DNA of 64,000 nt from Cyclobacteriaceae bacterium (GTDB lineage Bacteria; Bacteroidota; Bacteroidia; Cytophagales; Cyclobacteriaceae), in NCBI GenBank assembly GCA_025055435.1, contig JANWWN010000012.1:212-64211 (forward strand), written 5' to 3'. Position 1 is the first letter of the stretch, and each line of letters begins with the position of its first letter. The notes under the pieces are model-generated. The model was not told the origin of the DNA, did not search any database, and saw only the letters and a program-made list of their open reading frames with translations. Of this stretch, positions 53,478 through 62,175 are shown one piece after another. The position numbers were made by a program, and so were the translations under genes.

Positions 53478-54092
53478 ATGACTTTTCAATACGCTTTTGA
53501 GTTAGCTGGAACTTTTTTCTTCGCCATATCGGGTGCTTTGGCTATGCGCGATAAAAATCCCGACTGGTTTGGGGCAGCATTTACCGGGTTCATCACCGCC
53601 ATCGGCGGAGGTACCCTGCGCGACATGATGCTGGGCAGCTATCCGCTGGTGTGGATTGGCGACATTCACTTTTTGTATGCGGTGATTGCCGGCGTGTTAA
53701 CAGCCATTGTTTTTCACCGGCAGCTCAGCAGGTTGCGAAAAACTTTTTTGCTGTTCGATACGCTCGGCATTTCTTTTTTTACCATTCTCGGAACGGAAAA
53801 AGCCATGTCGCTGGGAGTAAAACCCGAAATCGCTGCCATCATGGGAATGTTCACTGCTGTGATGGGAGGAGTAATCCGCGACACACTGGCCAACGAGTTG
53901 CCGGTGTTATTACGAAAGGAGATTTATGCTACGGCGTGCCTCGCTGGTGCAGCACTTTATCTGATACTGGCGTTGCATACTCCGCTGTCGCGCAATCTTA
54001 ATCTCGTGCTTGCCAGTTCACTGATCATCCTCATACGGTTTGTTGCCGTTAAATACCAGTTATCACTTCCGGCTATCAACGGAAAATCCTAA
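53478..54092 (+). CDS. trimeric intracellular cation channel (TRIC / UPF0126, YadS-like) family membrane protein
   Basis: Start chosen at MTFQYAFELAGTFFFAISGALA. Duplicated UPF0126 halves, each with a GGGxxRD motif (AIGGGTLRDM and VMGGVIRDT). Confidence 0.85.
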   Translation: MTFQYAFELAGTFFFAISGALAMRDKNPDWFGAAFTGFITAIGGGTLRDMMLGSYPLVWIGDIHFLYAVIAGVLTAIVFHRQLSRLRKTFLLFDTLGISFFTILGTEKAMSLGVKPEIAAIMGMFTAVMGGVIRDTLANELPVLLRKEIYATACLAGAALYLILALHTPLSRNLNLVLASSLIILIRFVAVKYQLSLPAINGKS

Positions 54093-54156
54093 CTCTCGTT
54101 TGGAAAAATTTTCGGCCTCAGCAGAAAAAATTTGCGTTTGTGGTTTCAAATTCCTT

Positions 54157-54164
54157 TACTTTTG
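54157..54164 (+). promoter_or_regulatory. candidate -7 box (TACTTTTG) of the arg operon promoter
   Basis: Matches TAnnTTTG. TTTG motifs at 54131-54134 and 54137-54140 could serve as the -33 element. A 7-bp inverted repeat tttcaaa (54144-54150) / tttgaaa (54172-54178) brackets the box. Confidence 0.4.
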
Positions 54165-54357
54165 CAAAATGTTTGAAAACAAAAACCCAAACTGAATGAC
54201 TTTTCTGTAACCTTAACTGCTGAACAGAAATTGAAAACCAAGACCACTTTCGTTGCAACTACGGTTGCCCGCCTTCTCCGCGTGATCATCAGCATCACCG
54301 TTCCTTCCTGTCTGGTTTCACGTCACTGTCGACCCGTCCGATTTGTCCGAATTTGAT

Positions 54358-54423
54358 ACTCCGGAAAGTTCAGTCTCCGGAGTGGCATCTTTTCGGGAGT
54401 GAAGAGATGCCGGATTGTAATCC
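54358..54423 (+). promoter_or_regulatory. three consecutive RNA hairpins in the arg operon 5' leader (possible attenuator or other cis-regulatory structure)
   Basis: Hairpin 1: actccgga (54358-54365) pairs with tccggagt (54376-54383). Hairpin 2: ggcatct (54384-54390) pairs with agatgcc (54405-54411). Hairpin 3: ggatt (54412-54416) pairs with aatcc (54419-54423). The loop of hairpin 2 (tttcgggagt) can alternatively pair with the left arm of hairpin 1, with one mismatch. Confidence 0.4.
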
Positions 54424-54451
54424 TATTCTTCAACGATATTCCTGATTTACC

Positions 54452-55207
54452 GTGGACAATTCCATCATTGTCCGTGTAGCTACATCGGATGATGTACACT
54501 ATGCGGAGCAGATAACAACCGAGATGGCCGAATCGGCCAAAGCCAGAGGTACGGGCATCGCCAAACGTTCGCCCGAATATGTGGCGCAGAAAATGCGCGA
54601 AGGTAAAGCCGTAATCGCCCATACGGCTGATGGCACCTGGGTGGGCTTTTGTTATATCGAAGCCTGGGAGCACGAGAAGTATGTGGCCAACTCAGGATTA
54701 ATTGTTTCACCGCCATTCCGCAAAAGCGGTGTGGCTCGCGCCATCAAAAAACGGATATTCGAGCTTTCGCGCGAAAAGTACCCCGAAGCCAAGATTTTCG
54801 GCCTTACCACCGGGCTGGCCGTAATGAAGATCAATTCCGAACTCGGCTACGAGCCGGTAACCTACTCCGAACTTACTTCGGACGAGGAATTCTGGAAAGG
54901 CTGCCAGAGCTGCGTGAACTATGAAATACTCATGTCGAAGCAGCGTAAGAATTGCCTGTGTACCGCCATGCTCTACGATCCGGCAACGGCCAAGGCACCG
55001 GTACCGGCTGTTCAAACCGTGGTAACACCGCAGGGAAAAATCAAGCGCAAGCGCAGGCGTTTTTTCAAGGGCAATTTTAAACTGTTTGAACGCTGGGTGC
55101 GGTTTAAGCAATTTGTTTTGTTGCGCAACCGAAAAAACGGAAACGGCAGTAATACGGGAAACCCTTCTTCAGTAAAAAACATTTTAACCTATTTCATTTT
55201 CTGGTAA
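54452..55207 (+). CDS. GNAT-family N-acyltransferase, first gene of the arg operon (candidate glutamate N-acyltransferase)
   Basis: GTG start per the ORF track. Acyl-CoA-binding motif SPPFRKSGVARAIKKRI. Its stop shares one nt with the argG ATG (TAATG). Confidence 0.75.
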   Translation: MDNSIIVRVATSDDVHYAEQITTEMAESAKARGTGIAKRSPEYVAQKMREGKAVIAHTADGTWVGFCYIEAWEHEKYVANSGLIVSPPFRKSGVARAIKKRIFELSREKYPEAKIFGLTTGLAVMKINSELGYEPVTYSELTSDEEFWKGCQSCVNYEILMSKQRKNCLCTAMLYDPATAKAPVPAVQTVVTPQGKIKRKRRRFFKGNFKLFERWVRFKQFVLLRNRKNGNGSNTGNPSSVKNILTYFIFW

Positions 55208-56415
55208 TGAAAAAAAAAGTTGTGTTGGCTTTCAGCGGGGGGCTCGACACTTCGTACTGCGCCAAATACCTGAGCGATGAGTGCGGTTACGAAGTACACA
55301 CCCTTACCGTAGATACCGGTGGCTTTTCGGCTGAGGAATTAAAAGACATTGAACAACGGGCCCGACAACTGGGCGTAACTTCGCACACCACCCTCGACTA
55401 TACGCGGCCTTACTACGATAAGGTCATCCGCTATCTGGTCTATGGTAACGTGCTTAAAAACGGCACGTATCCGCTGAGCGTGAGTGCTGAGCGTATGGTT
55501 CAGGCGCTGGCCACGGCCGAACACGCGCGTAAACTTTCGGCCGAAGCTGTGGCCCACGGCAGTACCGGTGCAGGGAATGACCAGGTTCGCTTTGATATGA
55601 TTTTGTCGGTGCTTTTGCCGGGTGTGGAAATCATTACACCCATCCGCGATAAGCGCCTGTCGCGTGAAGAGGAGGTGGCTTACCTTGCTGCGAAAGGAAT
55701 TCCGGTTAATGCCGAAAAAGCCAGGTACTCAATCAATAAAGGATTGTGGGGAACATCGGTTGGCGGTAAGGAAACGTTGCAATCCCTGGGTATGCTGCCC
55801 GAAGAAGCATGGCCTACACCCGTTACCAAAACGGGAAGTGAGCAGGTGCGCCTCACATTTGAGCAGGGTGAATTGCGGAGTATAAATAATCAAAAGTTTG
55901 AACATCCTGTTAGCGCTATACGCCATTTGCAGGAAATAGCGGGTCCGTATGGCATCGGTCGCGATATTCATGTGGGCGATACCATTATCGGCATAAAAGG
56001 CAGGGTAGGCTTTGAAGCGGCTGCGCCGTTGCTCATCATCAAAAGCCATCATGCTTTGGAGAAGCATGTGCTCACCAAATGGCAGTTGTACTGGAAAGAT
56101 CAGCTGGCCCAGTTTTATGGCAACTGGCTGCACGAAGGGCAGTATCTCGACCCGGTGATGCGCGACATGGAAGCATTTCTAACCAGCACCCAGCAACGTG
56201 TTACCGGTGAAGTACATGTTCAACTGTTGCCATACCGGTTTCAGATACTGGGCATCCAATCGCCATTCGATCTGATGTCGGCAGAATTTGGTACGTATGG
56301 CGAAATGAACAGGGCCTGGACCGGTGAGGATGTGAAAGGTTTTACACGCATTTTCGGTAACCAGGCAACCATGTATCACCGCATTGGTGAGCGACTTAAA
56401 ACCCCGGCGTCATGA
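55207..56415 (+). CDS. argG: argininosuccinate synthase
   Basis: 402 aa. N-terminal PP-loop VVLAFSGGLDTS. Confidence 0.93.
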   Translation: MKKKVVLAFSGGLDTSYCAKYLSDECGYEVHTLTVDTGGFSAEELKDIEQRARQLGVTSHTTLDYTRPYYDKVIRYLVYGNVLKNGTYPLSVSAERMVQALATAEHARKLSAEAVAHGSTGAGNDQVRFDMILSVLLPGVEIITPIRDKRLSREEEVAYLAAKGIPVNAEKARYSINKGLWGTSVGGKETLQSLGMLPEEAWPTPVTKTGSEQVRLTFEQGELRSINNQKFEHPVSAIRHLQEIAGPYGIGRDIHVGDTIIGIKGRVGFEAAAPLLIIKSHHALEKHVLTKWQLYWKDQLAQFYGNWLHEGQYLDPVMRDMEAFLTSTQQRVTGEVHVQLLPYRFQILGIQSPFDLMSAEFGTYGEMNRAWTGEDVKGFTRIFGNQATMYHRIGERLKTPAS

Positions 56416-57386
56416 AAATCCGGGTGGGCATAGCAGGTGCTGCCGGTTACACCGGAGGCGAATTGCTGCGGTTGTTGCTGAGGCATCCGCAGGTTGAGCT
56501 TGTTTTTGTTCACAGCCGTCAGTTTGCCGGTAAGCCTGTAACTTCCGTGCATAAAGATTTGCTGGGTGAAACTTCAATCTTGTTTGCCGGGGCGCTCAGC
56601 TTTGATGTGGATGTACTTTTCCTGTGTCTGGCACATGGCGAAAGCCGGCTGTTCATGGAGCAAAATGCCATACCGTTATCTGTAAAGGTCATTGATTTGA
56701 GCAACGACTTCCGGCTTAACACACAGGCGGCAGGAAGGAACTGGGTTTACGGATTACCGGAGTTGAACCGTGATGCCATCCGTACTGCTTCATCGGTTGC
56801 CAATCCCGGATGTTTTGCAACAGCCATCCAGCTTGCCCTGTTGCCTTGGGCACAGGCCGGTAAGCTGAGCGAGGCATATGTAACCGGTATAACCGGTTCA
56901 ACCGGCGCCGGTGCAAAACTGCAGGACACGCTGCACTTTTCCTGGCGCGCCAACAATATTTCGGCTTACAAAACACTGGCCCATCAGCATCTGGATGAGA
57001 TACTGCGTTCACTCAATCAGGTGCAGCCCGGAGTTAACAAATCCGTGTACTTTGTTCCTTGGCGCGGAGATTTTACACGAGGAATCTTTGTCAGTGCGGT
57101 ACTAAATAACAGCAGTTTTACTTCTGATGAAGTACATCAGTTGTATGCCCGCTATTACAACACCCATCCCTTTACTGTTGTGGCCGATGAGATGATTGAC
57201 CTGAAAATGGTAACGAACACCAACAAATGCGTAATCTATCCGGAAGTGGTGCGCGATAAGATAGTGGTGCATGCGGCAACCGATAACCTGCTGAAAGGCG
57301 CTTCGGGGCAGGCCGTGCAAAATATGAACCTGATGTTCGGTTTGGAGGAAACATCGGGTTTGCAACTTAAACCTTTGGCATTTTGA
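56412..57386 (+). CDS. argC: N-acyl-gamma-glutamyl-phosphate reductase
   Basis: 324 aa. GIAGAAGYTGGELLRLL. Catalytic Cys in VANPGCFATAIQLAL. ATGA overlap with argG. Confidence 0.92.
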   Translation: MKIRVGIAGAAGYTGGELLRLLLRHPQVELVFVHSRQFAGKPVTSVHKDLLGETSILFAGALSFDVDVLFLCLAHGESRLFMEQNAIPLSVKVIDLSNDFRLNTQAAGRNWVYGLPELNRDAIRTASSVANPGCFATAIQLALLPWAQAGKLSEAYVTGITGSTGAGAKLQDTLHFSWRANNISAYKTLAHQHLDEILRSLNQVQPGVNKSVYFVPWRGDFTRGIFVSAVLNNSSFTSDEVHQLYARYYNTHPFTVVADEMIDLKMVTNTNKCVIYPEVVRDKIVVHAATDNLLKGASGQAVQNMNLMFGLEETSGLQLKPLAF

Positions 57387-57389
57387 GTC

Positions 57390-58193
57390 ATGAATTCCCT
57401 GGCCATCATCGGAGCCGGTAACCTGGGCCTTGCCATAGCAAAAGGAGCAAGCAATAAGGGCATATTTGCTCCGGCTGATATTATCCTTACCCGCAGAAAC
57501 CTTGGTAAGATTGAGTCATGGAAAGTGAGTGGTTATAATTTAACAAATAACAACTGCGAAGCTGTTGAGCATGCCCGCATAATTGTAATAAGTGTTCAGC
57601 CCAAGCAGGTGGCTGGTTTACTGGCTGAAATTGCGGACAGGTTGGATGTAAACCGGCATATCCTGGTGTCGGTTGTTACCGGAGTAACTACAGATGAAAT
57701 ACATGCTGGCCTGGGAAATAAACCGGTTCCGGTTGTTCGGGCCATGCCCAACACTGCTGTTGCTATTGCCGAATCGATGACCTGCATGTGCGCACGGCAC
57801 ACCACCGATGAACAATTGGCCGAAGTAAAGCGGTTATTCGACAGTCTGGGTAAAACCCTGGTTGTGGAAGAACGCCTGATGAAGGCAGCTACAGTTTTGG
57901 CAGCCAGCGGAGTGGCATTCTTTATGCGTTATCTGCGGGCAGCCACCCAGGGTGGTATTCAGCTTGGCTTTGATGCCGAAGATGCCCAGGCTATTGCTGT
58001 GCAAACAGCCAAAGGTGCAGCCACCCTGTTACAACTCAACGGCTCTCATCCGGAAATGGAAATTGATAAAGTAACTACGCCCGAAGGATGTACCATTGCC
58101 GGCCTTAACGAAATGGAACATCAGGGACTGAGCTCTGCCTTAATAAAAGGCATTCTTACATCATTCGAAAAAATCAACAATATCCGCAAATGA
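57390..58193 (+). CDS. proC: pyrroline-5-carboxylate reductase
   Basis: 267 aa. Rossmann motif LAIIGAGNLGLAIAKG. C-terminal dimerisation-domain motif TPEGCTIAGL. Confidence 0.9.
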   Translation: MNSLAIIGAGNLGLAIAKGASNKGIFAPADIILTRRNLGKIESWKVSGYNLTNNNCEAVEHARIIVISVQPKQVAGLLAEIADRLDVNRHILVSVVTGVTTDEIHAGLGNKPVPVVRAMPNTAVAIAESMTCMCARHTTDEQLAEVKRLFDSLGKTLVVEERLMKAATVLAASGVAFFMRYLRAATQGGIQLGFDAEDAQAIAVQTAKGAATLLQLNGSHPEMEIDKVTTPEGCTIAGLNEMEHQGLSSALIKGILTSFEKINNIRK

Positions 58194-59335
58194 AACTTTT
58201 TGATGTTTACCCGTTGCTTACTATTCATCCGGTAAAGGCCGAAGGTGCCTGGCTGTGGGATGATAACGGTAACCGCTACCTGGATTTATACGGGGGGCAT
58301 GCGGTTATTTCCATCGGGCATGCACATCCCCGGTATATCAAACGCATCACCGAGCAGCTAAACCGGATAGCCTTCTATTCCAACAGCGTGCAGAACCGGC
58401 TTCAGCAACAGCTTGCCGATTTATTGGGTGAATTGTCAGGTTATCCGGAGTATCAGCTCTTTTTGGTCAACTCAGGAGCTGAAGCAGTTGAGAATGCATT
58501 GAAAGTTGCCTCCTTTGTAACCGGACGTAAAAAGATTATCGCTTTTGGCCGTTCCTTTCACGGGCGCACCTCCGGAGCGGTAGCCGTAACCGATAATGCA
58601 AAAATTGCTGCTCCGTTCAATCAGGTACATCAAATACAGTTCCTGCCGTTAAACGATCATCAGGCATTGCGGGCTGCCATGAATCACGATGTGGCAGCTG
58701 TTATTGTTGAGGGCATACAGGGGTTGGGTGGTATTCATCTTCCAGATGGTGCATTTCTGCAAACTGCTCAGGACTTGTGCCGTGAACACGGTGCATTACT
58801 TATTCTGGATGAGATTCAATCGGGTTATGGGCGCACCGGAAAGTTTTTTGCGCACCAGCATGCCGGTGTTCAACCGCACCTGATTGTCATCGCAAAAGGT
58901 ATGGGCAATGGCTTTCCGATAGGCGGGGTACTTATCCATCCCGACATTAAACCCTGGCCGGGCATGCTGGGCACAACGTTCGGGGGCAGCCACCTGGCCT
59001 GTGCTGCCGCACTGGCGGTGCTCGAAGTTATTCGCGATGAGCAGCTCATGCGCAATGCGCACGAAACCGGCGGCTACCTGATTGACAAACTGAACGATAT
59101 GAAAGTGGCCGCAGTTCGTGGTATGGGTTTGATGATTGGCCTGGATGTTCCCGGTAAAATGAATGAACTGCGCAACCACCTGGTGTACCGAAAGAAAATT
59201 TTTACAGGCGAGTCCAAACCCGATACCATCCGTCTGCTTCCGCCTTTATCGCTTACGCGCGAACAGGCCGATATGTTTTTAACCGCACTTGCCGATAGTC
59301 TTCAAGAGATAAACGTTGTACCAGCCACCGCATGA
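58190..59335 (+). CDS. argD: acetyl/succinyl-ornithine aminotransferase (class III PLP aminotransferase)
   Basis: 381 aa. VNSGAEAVENALK, LILDEIQSGYGRTGKFFA, and the PLP lysine in IVIAKGMGNGFP. Confidence 0.9.
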   Translation: MKLFDVYPLLTIHPVKAEGAWLWDDNGNRYLDLYGGHAVISIGHAHPRYIKRITEQLNRIAFYSNSVQNRLQQQLADLLGELSGYPEYQLFLVNSGAEAVENALKVASFVTGRKKIIAFGRSFHGRTSGAVAVTDNAKIAAPFNQVHQIQFLPLNDHQALRAAMNHDVAAVIVEGIQGLGGIHLPDGAFLQTAQDLCREHGALLILDEIQSGYGRTGKFFAHQHAGVQPHLIVIAKGMGNGFPIGGVLIHPDIKPWPGMLGTTFGGSHLACAAALAVLEVIRDEQLMRNAHETGGYLIDKLNDMKVAAVRGMGLMIGLDVPGKMNELRNHLVYRKKIFTGESKPDTIRLLPPLSLTREQADMFLTALADSLQEINVVPATA

Positions 59336-60291
59336 AACATTTTCTTTCGGTTAACGATGTTGCCGATCCGGATGCCCTGATCCGCAAGGCTATCGGCATG
59401 AAGCATCAGGCCTTATCTTCGGGTAGCCGTCCCGGTGCCGGAAAACGAATCGGGTTGTTGTTTTTTAACCCCAGTCTCCGTACGCGCATCAGCACACAGA
59501 TAGCTGCGCAAAATCTGGGCATGGAGGTGATGGTGCTGAATGCCGACCGCGAAAACTGGGCTCTTGAGTTTACGGATGGTGCCGTAATGGACGGTGCTAC
59601 GGTTGAGCACATAAAAGATGCGGCACGCGTGCTCGGCCGCTATTTCGACATACTGGGTGTGCGCACATTTCCGAGTCTGCGCAATAAGGAAGAAGACTAC
59701 AGTGAACACGTTTTGAATCAGTTTGTGCGCTATGCCGGCATACCCGTTGTTAGTCTGGAAAGCGCCACGCTGCACCCGCTGCAAAGCCTGGCCGATCTGA
59801 TTACGATTAGTGAGCATTTTTCCGAAAACCGCAAACCCAGGGTGGTGCTTACCTGGGCACCTCACATCAAACCCTTGCCGCAGTGTGTGGCCAACAGTTT
59901 TGCCCAGTGGGTGCTGGCATGGAATAAGGCCGAGCTGGTTATCGCGCATCCTCAGGGATATGAGCTGGATGAAGCCTTTATGCAAGGTGCTGCCGTTACC
60001 CATCGGCAGGAAGAAGCCCTTCAGGCTGCCGACTTTGTGTATGTAAAAAACTGGAGCAGTGTACGTAATTATGGTCAGCTACTTCCGGTTAGTGAAAACT
60101 GGATGCTTACCCTGGAAAAACTGAAAATAACGCGCAATGCACGTGTAATGCATTGCCTGCCGGTAAGGCGAAACGTGGAGCTGAGCGATGAGGTGCTCGA
60201 CTCGCCTGCCAGTCTGGTTACCGAGCAGGCGTCCAACCGGGTGTGGGCTGCACAGGCTGTGCTAGCGGAAATACTGGTAGCCTTGCGTTGA
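59332..60291 (+). CDS. argF: N-acyl-L-ornithine carbamoyltransferase (argF' type: N-succinyl- or N-acetyl-ornithine transcarbamylase)
   Basis: 319 aa. Carbamoyl-phosphate motif FFNPSLRTR. HPLQSLADL. HCLPVRRN replaces the HCLP-A of classical OTCases. Overall pattern resembles Bacteroides fragilis ArgF' as I remember it. Confidence 0.85.
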   Translation: MKHFLSVNDVADPDALIRKAIGMKHQALSSGSRPGAGKRIGLLFFNPSLRTRISTQIAAQNLGMEVMVLNADRENWALEFTDGAVMDGATVEHIKDAARVLGRYFDILGVRTFPSLRNKEEDYSEHVLNQFVRYAGIPVVSLESATLHPLQSLADLITISEHFSENRKPRVVLTWAPHIKPLPQCVANSFAQWVLAWNKAELVIAHPQGYELDEAFMQGAAVTHRQEEALQAADFVYVKNWSSVRNYGQLLPVSENWMLTLEKLKITRNARVMHCLPVRRNVELSDEVLDSPASLVTEQASNRVWAAQAVLAEILVALR

Positions 60292-60314
60292 AATTTTGAT
60301 TAGTCTGAACAGAT

Positions 60315-61106
60315 ATGAACACGCGTTTGTACATCATCAAAATCGGAGGCCATGTGCTGGATGATGAGCCGGCTTTGGAAAAATTTCTGAACGACTTTGC
60401 TGCGCTGGAAGAGCCGAAAATCCTTGTTCATGGCGGAGGCAAGCAAGCCACTGTGCTCAGTAAAAAGCTGGGTATTGAACCCCAAATGGTAAATGGCCGA
60501 AGACTAACCGATGAAAGAACCCTGGAACTGGTAACCATGGTATATGGCGGCCTGATTAACAAAAATCTGGTGGTTCAGTTGCAGCGCCGCGGATGTAATG
60601 CCATCGGACTTACCGGTGCCGATGGCAACCTGATACGTGCCACCAAACGCCCGCCCGGGGAAATTGACTACGGCTTTGCCGGTGATGTAACACCCGATGG
60701 CGTTAACACGGCTTTGTTGTACTTCCTGCTTAAACAAAATACGGTGCCCGTCATCGCTCCTTTAACCCACGATGGTAACACCTTGTTGAATACCAATGCC
60801 GATACGCTGGCATCGGTTATTGCTGTTGCCCTGCGCATGCACTTTAACATACGGCTCATTTACTGCTTCGAAAAGAAGGGCGTGTTGCGCAACCCGGATG
60901 ATGAACAATCGGTTATACCCATCATCAGCAAGTCATCCTATCAGCAGTTGCTGGCCGAAGGTGTCTTCCGTAACGGTATGCTGCCCAAACTGCAAACAGC
61001 CTTTCAGGCGCTGGAGCAGGGCGTTCATGAAATCGTGATCAGCCATGCGAGCGCACTGCTGCAAAACCGTGGCAATGAAGTGAGCGGTACACGACTAACA
61101 ACCTGA
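60315..61106 (+). CDS. argB: N-acylglutamate kinase
   Basis: 263 aa. IIKIGGHVLDD, VHGGGKQ, and the NTNADT motif of the amino-acid kinase family. Confidence 0.9.
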   Translation: MNTRLYIIKIGGHVLDDEPALEKFLNDFAALEEPKILVHGGGKQATVLSKKLGIEPQMVNGRRLTDERTLELVTMVYGGLINKNLVVQLQRRGCNAIGLTGADGNLIRATKRPPGEIDYGFAGDVTPDGVNTALLYFLLKQNTVPVIAPLTHDGNTLLNTNADTLASVIAVALRMHFNIRLIYCFEKKGVLRNPDDEQSVIPIISKSSYQQLLAEGVFRNGMLPKLQTAFQALEQGVHEIVISHASALLQNRGNEVSGTRLTT

Positions 61107-61110
61107 AGTG

Positions 61111-62175
61111 ATGGAAATTCAGGAGTACATTGACCTGTTGTGCCGACTTGTAGCCACGCCTTCTTTCAGCCGTGAAGAAGATAAAACCGCTGATCTGCTC
61201 GCTGATTTTCTAACCGGCAAAGGTGTCCCGGTTCACCGGAAAGGAAATAATGTGTGGGCCGTCAATCGTTTTTATTCTGACGACCAACCGACTGTGCTGC
61301 TCAACTCCCATCATGATACCGTTAAACCCAACAGCGCCTGGACACGCGATCCGTTTACGCCTGTTATTGAGCAAAACCTGCTTTACGGCCTGGGCAGCAA
61401 CGATGCCGGTGGCCCGCTGGTGGCCTTGCTGGCTGCATTCATGCACTTTTATGATTCCGCTCTGAGATACAACATTGTATATGCGGCAACGGCCGAGGAG
61501 GAAATTTCCGGAACCGGCGGTATCGAAAGCATTTTACACGATTTACCGGCCCTGCACATGGCCATCGTAGGCGAGCCCACCCGTTGCAAGATGGCTGTTG
61601 CCGAAAAGGGATTGTTGGTACTCGATTGTATTGCGCGCGGAACACCCGGGCATGCGGCACACCACCGTGCCGATAACGCCATCTACCGGGCCCTGGATGA
61701 TATACAATGGTTTCGCACCTATCGCTTCGAAAAACTGTCGCCCTGGCTGGGCGAAGTGAAGATGACCGTTACTGCCGTTCACGCGGGCGATGCGCATAAC
61801 ATGGTGCCGGCCGAATGCCGGTTTACGGTTGATGTGCGCGTTACCGATGCCTATACGCTGGAAGAGGTACTGGCCGAAATCCGGCAGCAGGTGCGTTGCG
61901 AGGTAGTGCCACGCTCGGTGCGCCTGCGGCCATCGGGCATTTCCACCGATCATCCTCTGGTGCGGGCAGCTGAGGCGTTGAACATCGAACGATACGGTTC
62001 GCCTACCACATCCGACCAGGCCTTAATTCCCGTACCTTCGGTAAAAATCGGGCCGGGTGACTCGCAGCGCTCGCATACGGCCGATGAATTTATCGGTCTG
62101 GATGAACTGAAGCAGGGCGTGGATACCTACATCCGGCTGTTGGAATGTCTGAACGAAATGATGCGTAAACCATGA
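61111..62175 (+). CDS. argE: M20-family deacylase (acetylornithine deacetylase / succinylornithine desuccinylase role)
   Basis: About 354 aa. LLNSHHDTV, GSNDAGG, ATAEEEISG. ATG at 61111; the GTG at 61108 is an alternative start. Confidence 0.8.
   Translation: MEIQEYIDLLCRLVATPSFSREEDKTADLLADFLTGKGVPVHRKGNNVWAVNRFYSDDQPTVLLNSHHDTVKPNSAWTRDPFTPVIEQNLLYGLGSNDAGGPLVALLAAFMHFYDSALRYNIVYAATAEEEISGTGGIESILHDLPALHMAIVGEPTRCKMAVAEKGLLVLDCIARGTPGHAAHHRADNAIYRALDDIQWFRTYRFEKLSPWLGEVKMTVTAVHAGDAHNMVPAECRFTVDVRVTDAYTLEEVLAEIRQQVRCEVVPRSVRLRPSGISTDHPLVRAAEALNIERYGSPTTSDQALIPVPSVKIGPGDSQRSHTADEFIGLDELKQGVDTYIRLLECLNEMMRKP

Noticed and set aside
53055-53489. 144-aa minus-strand ORF spanning the porP-like 3' end and the intergenic repeat
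   Set aside because: It overlaps the well-supported PorP/SprF gene and runs through the palindromic repeat. It is most likely a shadow ORF.
54169-54195. ATG-initiated mini-ORF MFENKNPN as an arginine leader peptide
   Set aside because: It contains no Arg codons and ends about 160 nt before the hairpins, so it gives no mechanistic link to arginine sensing.
59413-60003. 196-aa minus-strand ORF
   Set aside because: It is antisense to argF' and has no recognisable motifs.
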